A DNA stretch of 64,000 nucleotides from NCBI GenBank assembly GCA_050010555.1, contig JBEKKV010000002.1, forward strand, positions 47,815 to 111,814, written 5' to 3'. A program made the translations under genes and the position numbers. Under the pieces are notes generated by a model. It was not told the DNA's origin, did no database searches, and saw only the letters and a program-made list of their open reading frames with translations. Origin of the DNA: Dehalococcoidia bacterium (GTDB lineage Bacteria; Chloroflexota; Dehalococcoidia; DSTF01; JALHUB01). Below are positions 8,959-16,513 of this stretch, piece by piece; positions within the stretch are counted from its first letter, which is position 1, and the number at the start of each line of letters is the position of its first letter.

Positions 8959-9843
8959 ATGCGGAAGGATCTGTTCTACCCGCCGTTCGGCTTCCTCGCG
9001 CCCCAGGCCGAACTCACCGCTTTCGAGACCGCCCGCGTCGTCGTGCTGCCGGTGCCGTACGACGCGACGACGACGGCCCGCGCCGGCGCCCGCAACGGTC
9101 CTGCCGCCATCATCCACGCCTCGCAGGACCTGGAGCCGTACGATCTGACGCTCGGCTTCGACACCACGCAGGACGGCATCCACACTCTGCCGGAGTTGGC
9201 GCCCCATAGCGGCAGCCCGCAGGCGATGGTCGACCGGGTCGAAGCGGCGGTTGGCGACCTCCTGGCGGCGGGCAAGTTCGTCGTCACGCTGGGCGGCGAG
9301 CACACCGTTGCGGTCGGCGCCGTGCGCGCCCATGCCCGTCGCTATCCCGACCTCTCGGTGCTAGCCATCGACGCCCACGCCGACTTGCGCGACGAATACC
9401 TGGACTCGCCCTACAACCACGCCTGCGTACTGCGGCGCGTCCTCGAGACTTGTCCCGTCGTCATGGTGGGCATGCGGAGCGTAAGCGCCGACCAGGTCGA
9501 GTTCATCCGCGAGCGCGACCTTACGTTCCTAACCCCAGTGGCCTATCGCGCGCTTCCCGGTCCTGTAGAATTGCTGCGGCGCCTGTCGTCGAACGTCTAT
9601 GTAGACATCGATCTGGACGGCCTCGACCCGGCGCAGATGGCGGCGGTGGGGACGCCGGAGCCGGGCGGCCTTTTCTGGGATGAAGTGATTGCACTTCTGA
9701 CTGGGCTGGCGGCGGCGAAACGGATTGTCGGCTGCGACCTGACCGAGCTGGCGCCGGACCTGGGCCCGCCGGCCTGCGCGACGCTGGCGGCGAGGCTGGT
9801 CCAGCGCCTGATCGGCCTGGCGCTGGGACCGCCGGCTAAGTGA
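8959..9843 (+). CDS. speB: Agmatinase (ureohydrolase family)
   Basis: Manganese-site motifs are present: LGGEHTV, AIDAHADLRDEY, YVDIDLDGLDPA...GTPEPGG. The start is taken at MRKDLFYPPFG rather than the longer 8737 ORF. Confidence 0.75.
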   Translation: MRKDLFYPPFGFLAPQAELTAFETARVVVLPVPYDATTTARAGARNGPAAIIHASQDLEPYDLTLGFDTTQDGIHTLPELAPHSGSPQAMVDRVEAAVGDLLAAGKFVVTLGGEHTVAVGAVRAHARRYPDLSVLAIDAHADLRDEYLDSPYNHACVLRRVLETCPVVMVGMRSVSADQVEFIRERDLTFLTPVAYRALPGPVELLRRLSSNVYVDIDLDGLDPAQMAAVGTPEPGGLFWDEVIALLTGLAAAKRIVGCDLTELAPDLGPPACATLAARLVQRLIGLALGPPAK

Positions 9844-9849
9844 ATCCGG

Positions 9850-10329
9850 CTACTGCGCCTTCGCCCGCTCCCTCAACTCCCGCAACTGCTCCAGGTGGCC
9901 CTCCGTGTGGGCGATCATGAGCTCCATGCCGGTACGAACCGTGCGTGGGCCATGCTCCGGATGGGTCCCGACGCGCTCCCAGCCGCCCGGCGGCAGCGAC
10001 GACAGTTGCGCCGCGATCTCCTGTCGGTTGCGCTTGAAATCGGCGAGCACGGTGGTGAAATCGGCGTCCCGGTAGGCGTGATCGCGGACGAGCTCTTCCT
10101 GTTCGTAGGTCGGCAGCGTCGGGTTGTCCTGGCTCAGCATCAGCGCGAGCCGCCGGCGCCACATCTGCGAATCGTCGCACAGGTGCCCACAGACCTCCTT
10201 GATAGACCACTCGCTCTCGCCTGGGCGCCAGCGCAGCTCCGGCTCCGACAGCCCGGCGAGCAGCGCCGCCACGCGGTCGGGTAGACTCCGAACCTTCTTA
10301 ACGATATCCTCGTCTTCCGGCGTCATCAT
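9850..10329 (-). CDS. DinB/YfiT-like (DinB_2) family protein
   Basis: 159 aa. His-containing helices (CGHLCDDS..., IAHTEGHLEQL) are typical of DinB_2. Confidence 0.5.
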   Translation of the reverse strand: MMTPEDEDIVKKVRSLPDRVAALLAGLSEPELRWRPGESEWSIKEVCGHLCDDSQMWRRRLALMLSQDNPTLPTYEQEELVRDHAYRDADFTTVLADFKRNRQEIAAQLSSLPPGGWERVGTHPEHGPRTVRTGMELMIAHTEGHLEQLRELRERAKAQ

Positions 10330-10340
10330 TTCGCCTCCCG

Positions 10341-11201
10341 CTATCTTCCGAACGCGCCGAGACGCTCCAGCAGGCCGTCCAGCTCCTCGTCGCTGTAGTA
10401 GTGAATCGTAATTCGGCCGCCGCGACGCCCCTTCACCAGGCTGACCCGTGTCCCCAGCGATGCCCGCAGCCGCTCCTCCAGCGCCTCCAGCTCGACGTTG
10501 CGGGGCCTTTCGCGTCGCGCCGTCTTCTTGCCGCCGGCCGGCCAGGCGCGCGCCAGATCTTCCGTCTGCCGCACCGACAGCCCTTTCGCCACGACCAGCT
10601 CCCAGGCCTGCCGCCTGTGCTCCTCGGGCAGGCTGAGAAGCGCGCGGGCGTGGCCCTCGCTTATCTCGTCGCGCGCCAGGCTTGCCCGCAGCTCTTCGTT
10701 CAGATTCAGCAAGCGCAGCGCATTCGCCACCGCCGACCGGCTGCGCCCGACCCGCGTCGAAATCTCCGTCTGATTCAGCCCGAACTCCTCCAGCAGCCGC
10801 CGATAGGCCTGCGCCTCCTCCAGCGCGTTCAGGTCCTGGCGCATCAGGTTCTCGACCAGCGCCAGCTCCAGTCCCTGGCGCGGCGTTGTCTCCTTGATGA
10901 CGACCGGCACCTGCATCAGGCCGGCCAGTTTCGCCGCTTCCAGGCGCCGGCCGCCGGCGATGACCTGGTACGTCGGGGCGCCGGAATCGCTGTCCAGACG
11001 ACTGACGAGCAGCGGCTGCAAGACGCCGTGCTCCCGGACGCTCTCGGCCAACTCCTGAAGCGCCGTCTCGTTCATTTCGAAGCGCGGCTGGAAAGGATTG
11101 GAGACGATAAGATCGATGTCTACCGACTCCGGTGGCGGCGCTGCCATGTCGGGAATGAGAGCGCTCAGTCCTCTGCCGAGTCCTGTCTTTGCTCGTGCCA
11201 T
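10341..11201 (-). CDS. parB: Chromosome partitioning protein ParB/Spo0J
   Basis: GLGRGLSALIP N-terminus. The ParB box is LQPLLVSR...YQVIAGGRRLEAAKLAGL. Confidence 0.9.
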   Translation of the reverse strand: MARAKTGLGRGLSALIPDMAAPPPESVDIDLIVSNPFQPRFEMNETALQELAESVREHGVLQPLLVSRLDSDSGAPTYQVIAGGRRLEAAKLAGLMQVPVVIKETTPRQGLELALVENLMRQDLNALEEAQAYRRLLEEFGLNQTEISTRVGRSRSAVANALRLLNLNEELRASLARDEISEGHARALLSLPEEHRRQAWELVVAKGLSVRQTEDLARAWPAGGKKTARRERPRNVELEALEERLRASLGTRVSLVKGRRGGRITIHYYSDEELDGLLERLGAFGR

Positions 11202-11213
11202 CGGCTTTTCTCC

Positions 11214-11975
11214 TTAGCCTTTTGTCGTGACGGCCAGCAGCTCGTCGGCGAGTGCCTCATAGGCCTTTGCCGCCCGCGAGGCCTTATCGTAAGCGAGCAG
11301 TGGCAGGCCGTAGCTGGGCGCCTCGCTCACGCGCACGCCCCGTGGAATGACGGCGTGGAACGTGTTAGGGAAGTGGCTGCGCACTTCGGCGGCCACCTGC
11401 CGCGACAGGTTCGTGCGGCCGTCGTACATCGTCAGCAGCAGCCCTTGGAGGCGCAGATTCGGGTTCAAGTTCCGCCGCACCAGGTCGAGGGTCTGCAGCA
11501 AGTGGCCGAGGCCCTGCAGCGCCAAGAACTCGCACTGGACGGGCACGATGACGCGGTCCGAAGCCGCCAGCGCGTTCACCGTCAAGAGTCCCAGCGAGGG
11601 CGGGCAGTCGACGAGGACGAAGTCGTAGGCGGCGGCCGCTCCGGCAAGCGCTTTCCGCAGGCGAAACTCCCGCTCCGCTACGGGCACAAGCTCGACTTCC
11701 GCGCCGGCGAGGTCCGGCGTCGACGGGAGCAACGACAGGTTCTCCTGGCAGGTCGCGACGGCGGCGCCGTCTACCGCTACGCCGTCTACGAGTACATCGT
11801 ACGTAGTGGCGCGGGGCTCGTCGCCGTCGAGGCCCAGGCCGGCGGTCGCGTTCCCCTGCGGATCAGCGTCGACGATCAGGACGCGCTTGCCCCGGCAGGC
11901 GAGACAGGCGCCCAGGTTCACCGCCGTCGTCGTCTTGCCGACACCGCCCTTCTGGTTGGCGATTGCGATTATCAC
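11214..11975 (-). CDS. parA: ParA/Soj family partitioning ATPase
   Basis: MIIAIANQKGGVGKTTTAVNLGACLA is the deviant Walker A motif. Confidence 0.9.
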   Translation of the reverse strand: MIIAIANQKGGVGKTTTAVNLGACLACRGKRVLIVDADPQGNATAGLGLDGDEPRATTYDVLVDGVAVDGAAVATCQENLSLLPSTPDLAGAEVELVPVAEREFRLRKALAGAAAAYDFVLVDCPPSLGLLTVNALAASDRVIVPVQCEFLALQGLGHLLQTLDLVRRNLNPNLRLQGLLLTMYDGRTNLSRQVAAEVRSHFPNTFHAVIPRGVRVSEAPSYGLPLLAYDKASRAAKAYEALADELLAVTTKG

Positions 11976-12823
11976 GCCAGAACGATCTCCTGGTGCTCCG
12001 TCAGCATGGTCTTGACTTGCTCTCGCGTTGGCGCCTTCGACGTGCCGGCGCCCTCGACGCTAAGGCCGGCGGCGGCGTCAGCGAACCTGGCGGCGGCAGC
12101 GATATCGTGCGTCTCGTCGAACGCGACCAGGAACGCCGCAGCGAACACGTCGCCGGCGCCCGTCGGGTCCACTTCGGCGTGCGGGAATGCGGCAATTCGA
12201 CGTGGCTTGCCTTCGGTCCACACCGTCGCGCCGCCTCTGCCGCACGTTATGACCACGATCTCCGCCTCCCGCTGCCAGCGCTCCAACGCCGGCTCGTCGT
12301 CTTCCATGTCGTCTTCTGAGAGGAAGGCGACGTTGACTCCCCGCAGCGACGCGCCATCCGGCCACGCCCGTTTTCGGACGAGCCCGTCGCTGCCGACGTG
12401 GCGCAGCCAGCCCTGGAGGCAGCAGCCGACGAGGCTGCCGATGAACAGGCCCGCCATATCAGGCGTCACTTCGCTGAGCAGCGGCCCCAGCAAGACGATT
12501 CTAGCGCCGCGGAGCTCTTGGGGCACGTCCTCCGGGCGGATCGACGGCGCCTGCGCCCAGACGCGCTGAACGCGCCGGCGTGCGTCATAGCGGTTCTCGA
12601 AGGTTGTCGTCGTTTCTGAGGGAATGCAGTGGACTCGGATGCCGGGAAGAAAGCTAGTCAAGTCGACGTCGTCGGAAGCGCGCGTGACGACGGCCGCGGT
12701 CAGTCCCAGGCGGCGGGCCTGCGTCGCAGCATAGGCGACTGTACCGCCGAGCTGCCAGCCGCTCGCGTCCAGGTCCTTCGCCACGTGGCCGACAACGAGG
12801 AAGTCGGGGATGCTCATCGCCAC
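11972..12823 (-). CDS. PfkB-family (ribokinase-like) sugar kinase
   Basis: DPTGAGDVFAAAFLVAF is a ribokinase-family signature. 283 aa. Confidence 0.7.
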   Translation of the reverse strand: MAMSIPDFLVVGHVAKDLDASGWQLGGTVAYAATQARRLGLTAAVVTRASDDVDLTSFLPGIRVHCIPSETTTTFENRYDARRRVQRVWAQAPSIRPEDVPQELRGARIVLLGPLLSEVTPDMAGLFIGSLVGCCLQGWLRHVGSDGLVRKRAWPDGASLRGVNVAFLSEDDMEDDEPALERWQREAEIVVITCGRGGATVWTEGKPRRIAAFPHAEVDPTGAGDVFAAAFLVAFDETHDIAAAARFADAAAGLSVEGAGTSKAPTREQVKTMLTEHQEIVLA

Positions 12824-12858
12824 GCCTGGAGGGTATGCAAGAGAAAGGGACTGAAAGG

Positions 12859-13674
12859 CTAGCGGCTGGGGCGGATGACGACCTTTCGGTTCTCGCCCTC
12901 GCCGATGCTCTCCGTTATCACCGTCTCGTCCTGCGCGAGCGCCAGGTGGACGATACGGCGTTCGTTCGGCGGCATCGGCTCCAGCGTCATCACCTGATGC
13001 GTAGCCCGGACGCGTTCCGCCATGTGCTCCGCCAGGCTCTTCAGAGACTGCTCCCGCCTTCGCCGGTAGCCCGCGACGTCGACGCCAAACGACGCTTTGG
13101 CCTTAAGCTTGCGCCCGACGATCAGGTTGACGAGGTATTGAAGCGAGCTGAGCGTGTCGCCGCGGCGGCCGATCAGGATGCCCAGGTCGTCGCCGCTGAT
13201 GTCGAGCACCGTCCTGACGATGGCGGCACCGTCGCCGAGCGTTTCCGGCTGGCGTACCCGCACCGTGGCGTCGACACTCATCAGTTCGAGGAGCTTCTCC
13301 AGGACTTCGACGGCCAGCGCGATATCCTCTTCGGTCTCTTCCAGTCGCGGCCGCTCGTCGGCGGGCGACGTGTCTGACCTCGCCCGTGCGGCGAGGCGCC
13401 CGCCCTCGCGGCTAGCGCGGTCGTCGACCTGTTCCAGTCGCGGCCGCTCGTCGACAGGCGCTGCCTCCGACTTCGCCCGCACGACGACGCGCGCGTCTTC
13501 GCCGCCGATGCCCAGGATGCCGGCCCGCCCTTCCTTGACCACCTCTACCTCCACCTGCGTCCGCTCCAGACCGAGCTCTGCCAGGGCCTTCTCAATCGCC
13601 TCTTCGACTGTCTTACCGCTTGCGTCTACGCTTTCCACGACGGGACCTCTTCCTGTAACGGCGTTCGTCCGCAA
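12859..13674 (-). CDS. jag: RNA-binding protein Jag/KhpB (Jag_N, KH and R3H domains)
   Basis: VVESVDASGKTVEEAIEKALAELG (Jag_N). Also ...GILGIGGEDARVVV... and ...KVVIRPSR. It lies directly downstream of yidC. The 5' end overlaps the yidC stop, so the true start is probably an internal GTG. Confidence 0.75.
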   Translation of the reverse strand: MRTNAVTGRGPVVESVDASGKTVEEAIEKALAELGLERTQVEVEVVKEGRAGILGIGGEDARVVVRAKSEAAPVDERPRLEQVDDRASREGGRLAARARSDTSPADERPRLEETEEDIALAVEVLEKLLELMSVDATVRVRQPETLGDGAAIVRTVLDISGDDLGILIGRRGDTLSSLQYLVNLIVGRKLKAKASFGVDVAGYRRRREQSLKSLAEHMAERVRATHQVMTLEPMPPNERRIVHLALAQDETVITESIGEGENRKVVIRPSR

Positions 13675-14512
13675 CCGCTTCCGCCGCCTCGTCCTCTTCG
13701 TCCGTCTCGTCCGCTTCGTCTTCCTCTATCGCTGTCGGCGCCGGCGACCTTGTGACGGCCGTCTTCGCCGGGACCGGCTGGAGCGAGAACAGAGTCTTCC
13801 ACGTCAGGCCGCCGGAGCCCACGAAGATGTATTGAAGCACGATGCTGACGACGCTCGATACGACCCAGTATAGGGCAAGCCCACTGGGGAATGAAATCGC
13901 GAAGTAGGTGAACATCAGCGGCATCATCCAGAGCATCGTGCTGTTCATCGACGCCGACTTCTCGTCCAGCGCCGGCGGCGAGGTCATCTTCTGCTGGACG
14001 AACATGCTTGCGCCGACCGTCAGTGCCAAGAACAGGTTAGGCGCGCCCAGGCTCAGGCCGAAGAAGTGGTCGCTCAGGGGCACGGCCTTCTGGATGAAAG
14101 ACCAGGGGTAGAGGTGATGCGAAAGGTTGATCGTGCTCTCCGGCACATCGCCGACCGTAAGGCGGATAACCTGGTAGAGGGCGATCCAGATCGGGATCTG
14201 GGCGACCATCGGCAGCAGGCAGCCGAGAGGATTGACGCCCGCTTCCCGGTAGATCTTCATCGTCTCTTCGGAGCGACGCTTGGGGTCCTTGTACTTCTTC
14301 TGTATCTCCGCCAGGCGTCCCTGCATCGCGGAAAGGGCGCGCGAAGAGCGAAGCTGGCGCAGCGTCAGCGGGAAGGTTATGCCGCGCATGAATACCGTGA
14401 GGACGATGATGGACAGGCCAAAGCTACCGAAGAAGATGTTGTTCAGCAGCACGAGGGCGTTCGCCATCGGATTGACGAGCACCGTATTCCAGATTAGGCC
14501 GATGATTTGCAC
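13613..14512 (-). CDS. yidC: Membrane protein insertase YidC (short, Gram-positive-type)
   Basis: Signature ...MRGITFPLTLRQLRSSRALSAMQ... and multiple TM segments. It has a basic C-terminal tail. Confidence 0.85.
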   Translation of the reverse strand: MQIIGLIWNTVLVNPMANALVLLNNIFFGSFGLSIIVLTVFMRGITFPLTLRQLRSSRALSAMQGRLAEIQKKYKDPKRRSEETMKIYREAGVNPLGCLLPMVAQIPIWIALYQVIRLTVGDVPESTINLSHHLYPWSFIQKAVPLSDHFFGLSLGAPNLFLALTVGASMFVQQKMTSPPALDEKSASMNSTMLWMMPLMFTYFAISFPSGLALYWVVSSVVSIVLQYIFVGSGGLTWKTLFSLQPVPAKTAVTRSPAPTAIEEDEADETDEEDEAAEAVADERRYRKRSRRGKRRRKR

Positions 14513-14527
14513 TGCTTGGACCTGCGC

Positions 14528-15643
14528 TTAACTCGAAATCGGCACGTCCGTTATCGTCCCGTCGGCCGGGTCGACCTTCTGGACGTTGCCGCTCTTTGTG
14601 CTGTAGTAAACCATACCGCTGTCGACTGTGAGGTCCGACAGGACGCCCGCGTTCGCTTTCGAAGACCAGATCTGGCTACCGCTCGACGCGTCCAGCCCGT
14701 AGACCGAGCCGTTGTCGGTGGCGACCACGAGCGTCGAGCCTACCAGCGCCGGTCCGCCGCGCACGACGCCGCTGCCCTGGAACGGCTTGTCCCAGCGCGA
14801 CTGCCCCGTCGAAGCGTCAAGGCTGTACACTTTGCCGCCGAGCGAGCCGAAATAGACCGCGCCGCCGCTCACGACCGCCCGGTTCCAGATCCAGTCGTCC
14901 GCCTTGAACGACCAGCGCATCTCGCCGCTCGAAGCGTCGACGGCGTAGAACTTGTCGTCGAAGGCGCCCACGTAGACCGTGCTGCTGTCCACCACCGGCG
15001 TCGAGGCGATGGCGCCGCCCGTCTGGAACGGCTTTGGCCAGACCGATGTGCCGCTGGTGGCGCCAATGGCGTACAGCTTCTTGTCCATCGAAGCTACGTA
15101 GACCGTGCTGCCGTCGAACGTCGGTGTGGACCAGATCTTGGCGCCGGTGCAGAATGGGTTGAAGCGCTGGTCTCCGGTGGCGACGGCGAATGCATGGAGG
15201 CACTGGTCGGCCGAACCGATGTAGACGGTGTCGTCGCTCGTCGCCGGCCCGCCGACGATGTGACTTCCCACCGGCTGCGACCACTTCTGGCTGCCGTCGG
15301 CCAGGCTCAAGGCATAAAGATTGCCGTCGTAGCCACCGAGCAACGCCAGTCCCTGCGATATTGCGGGCGTGCCGTAGATTGCCTTCAGTGCCGTCTTGGA
15401 GTTGTTCCCTGGGAAGGTCCACTGCCGGGAGCCGCTGCTCAGATCGGCGGCGGCCAGTGTCTGGTGGTTGGGCTCCGCGAGGAGGGTGCTGTTGGTGATG
15501 AGAGGGCTCGCCCAGCCCTGCGGGTTGGTTATGCGCGAGCAAGCCGTCAGAACGAGGACAAGGGGCAGGAAAAGAAGGGCCAGCGTCAGGGCCCTCACGC
15601 TACGCGATGTCTGAATCTCACTCCTCCGGTAAGTCCCGCTCAA
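14528..15643 (-). CDS. PQQ-repeat beta-propeller lipoprotein (BamB/YVTN-like)
   Basis: Lipobox LVLTAC after the signal peptide. Repeated motifs are GxVYxGSxDxxLYAxDAxTG. Confidence 0.65.
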   Translation of the reverse strand: MSGTYRRSEIQTSRSVRALTLALLFLPLVLVLTACSRITNPQGWASPLITNSTLLAEPNHQTLAAADLSSGSRQWTFPGNNSKTALKAIYGTPAISQGLALLGGYDGNLYALSLADGSQKWSQPVGSHIVGGPATSDDTVYIGSADQCLHAFAVATGDQRFNPFCTGAKIWSTPTFDGSTVYVASMDKKLYAIGATSGTSVWPKPFQTGGAIASTPVVDSSTVYVGAFDDKFYAVDASSGEMRWSFKADDWIWNRAVVSGGAVYFGSLGGKVYSLDASTGQSRWDKPFQGSGVVRGGPALVGSTLVVATDNGSVYGLDASSGSQIWSSKANAGVLSDLTVDSGMVYYSTKSGNVQKVDPADGTITDVPISS

Positions 15644-15674
15644 CAGCAGGGCGTTGTTTCACGTGAAACAGCGC

Positions 15675-15887
15675 TTACTGCGGCACCGGGTCGTAGCCGC
15701 CCTTTTGGAAGGGATGGCAGCGACCCAGGCGACGGACCGTCAGCCAGCCGCCCTTGAGCAGGCCGTGACGGGCTATCGCCTCGTAGCCGTATTCCGAGCA
15801 CGTCGGCAGGAATCGACAGGATGGTGGCCGGTAAGGCGAAAGCCATCGCTGATAAACCCTGATTGCGCCCAGCGCCAGTCTTTTCAT
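15675..15887 (-). CDS. yidD: Membrane protein insertion efficiency factor YidD
   Basis: [57 protein letters not shown] is the YidD signature. Confidence 0.9.
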   Translation of the reverse strand: MKRLALGAIRVYQRWLSPYRPPSCRFLPTCSEYGYEAIARHGLLKGGWLTVRRLGRCHPFQKGGYDPVPQ

Positions 15888-16255
15888 GCTTCGACGATCC
15901 CCTTTTGCACCTCGTTCAACGTCGACTTGGACGCGATGCCTGCGCGCTCCAGCAGCGACGCCAGCGACAGCCGTAGCTCCCAGTACGTCGCCTCTGCCGC
16001 TGACCTGCGGGCGATCACCACAACGTCCCAGCCGTTCGCCAGCGACAGCGAGCGCACCGCTTCCCGCAGGCGGCGTCGCACCCTGTTTCGTACTACCGCT
16101 TTGCCGACGGCGCGCGACGTTACGAAGCCATAGCGATTGTGGGGCAGACCGTTGGCCCGCGGCCGTATCGCCAGCAGCCTGTTGGAGAAGGCCTGGCCTT
16201 CTCGATAGGCAACGGCGAAATCGCTGCTCTTCCTGAGACGCTGTTCCCTTCGCAT
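15884..16255 (-). CDS. rnpA: Ribonuclease P protein component RnpA
   Basis: [25 protein letters not shown]...[25 protein letters not shown] is the RnpA signature. It overlaps yidD by 4 nt. Confidence 0.9.
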   Translation of the reverse strand: MRREQRLRKSSDFAVAYREGQAFSNRLLAIRPRANGLPHNRYGFVTSRAVGKAVVRNRVRRRLREAVRSLSLANGWDVVVIARRSAAEATYWELRLSLASLLERAGIASKSTLNEVQKGIVEA

Positions 16256-16284
16256 CTGGCCCCGGCCAAGGCCTGGGCCGCGCT

Positions 16285-16422
16285 CTAGACCGTCAGCCGG
16301 TAGCGGCCCTTGGCGCGGCGTGCGCGTAGCACGAGGCGTCCGCCGCGGGTGCTCATGCGGGCAAGAAATCCGTGGACTCGTTTCCGCGGAATACGTTTCG
16401 GCTGGTAGGTGCGTTTAGGCAC
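16285..16422 (-). CDS. rpmH: 50S ribosomal protein L34. It has a GTG start and is not in the supplied ORF track because it is under 60 aa.
   Basis: Manual reverse-complement translation gives [45 protein letters not shown]. It sits upstream of rnpA, the conserved arrangement. Confidence 0.9.
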   Translation of the reverse strand: MPKRTYQPKRIPRKRVHGFLARMSTRGGRLVLRARRAKGRYRLTV

Positions 16423-16454
16423 TTCACTTCCTTCCAGTTGTGCTTCCGAACACA

Positions 16455-16483
16455 ATGATAGATTAGCGGCTTGGGGGTGTCAA
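16455..16483 (-). promoter_or_regulatory. Canonical sigma-70 promoter for rpmH-rnpA-yidD: -35 TTGACA (16478..16483), 17-nt spacer, -10 TATCAT (16455..16460)
   Basis: Read on the minus strand: TTGACACCCCCAAGCCGCTAATCTATCAT, about 30 nt upstream of the rpmH start. Confidence 0.6.
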
Positions 16484-16513
16484 TCGTCGTTGGGGGAACG
16501 GCGAAGGTGCCGC

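Noticed and set aside
10401-12569. 722-aa + strand ORF
   Set aside because: It is antisense to parB, parA and the PfkB kinase, all of which have clear family signatures. Its composition is non-coding-like.
16256-16513. Possible oriC/DnaA-box region next to rpmH
   Set aside because: No dnaA gene and no repeated TTATCCACA-like boxes. The region holds only rpmH and its promoter.
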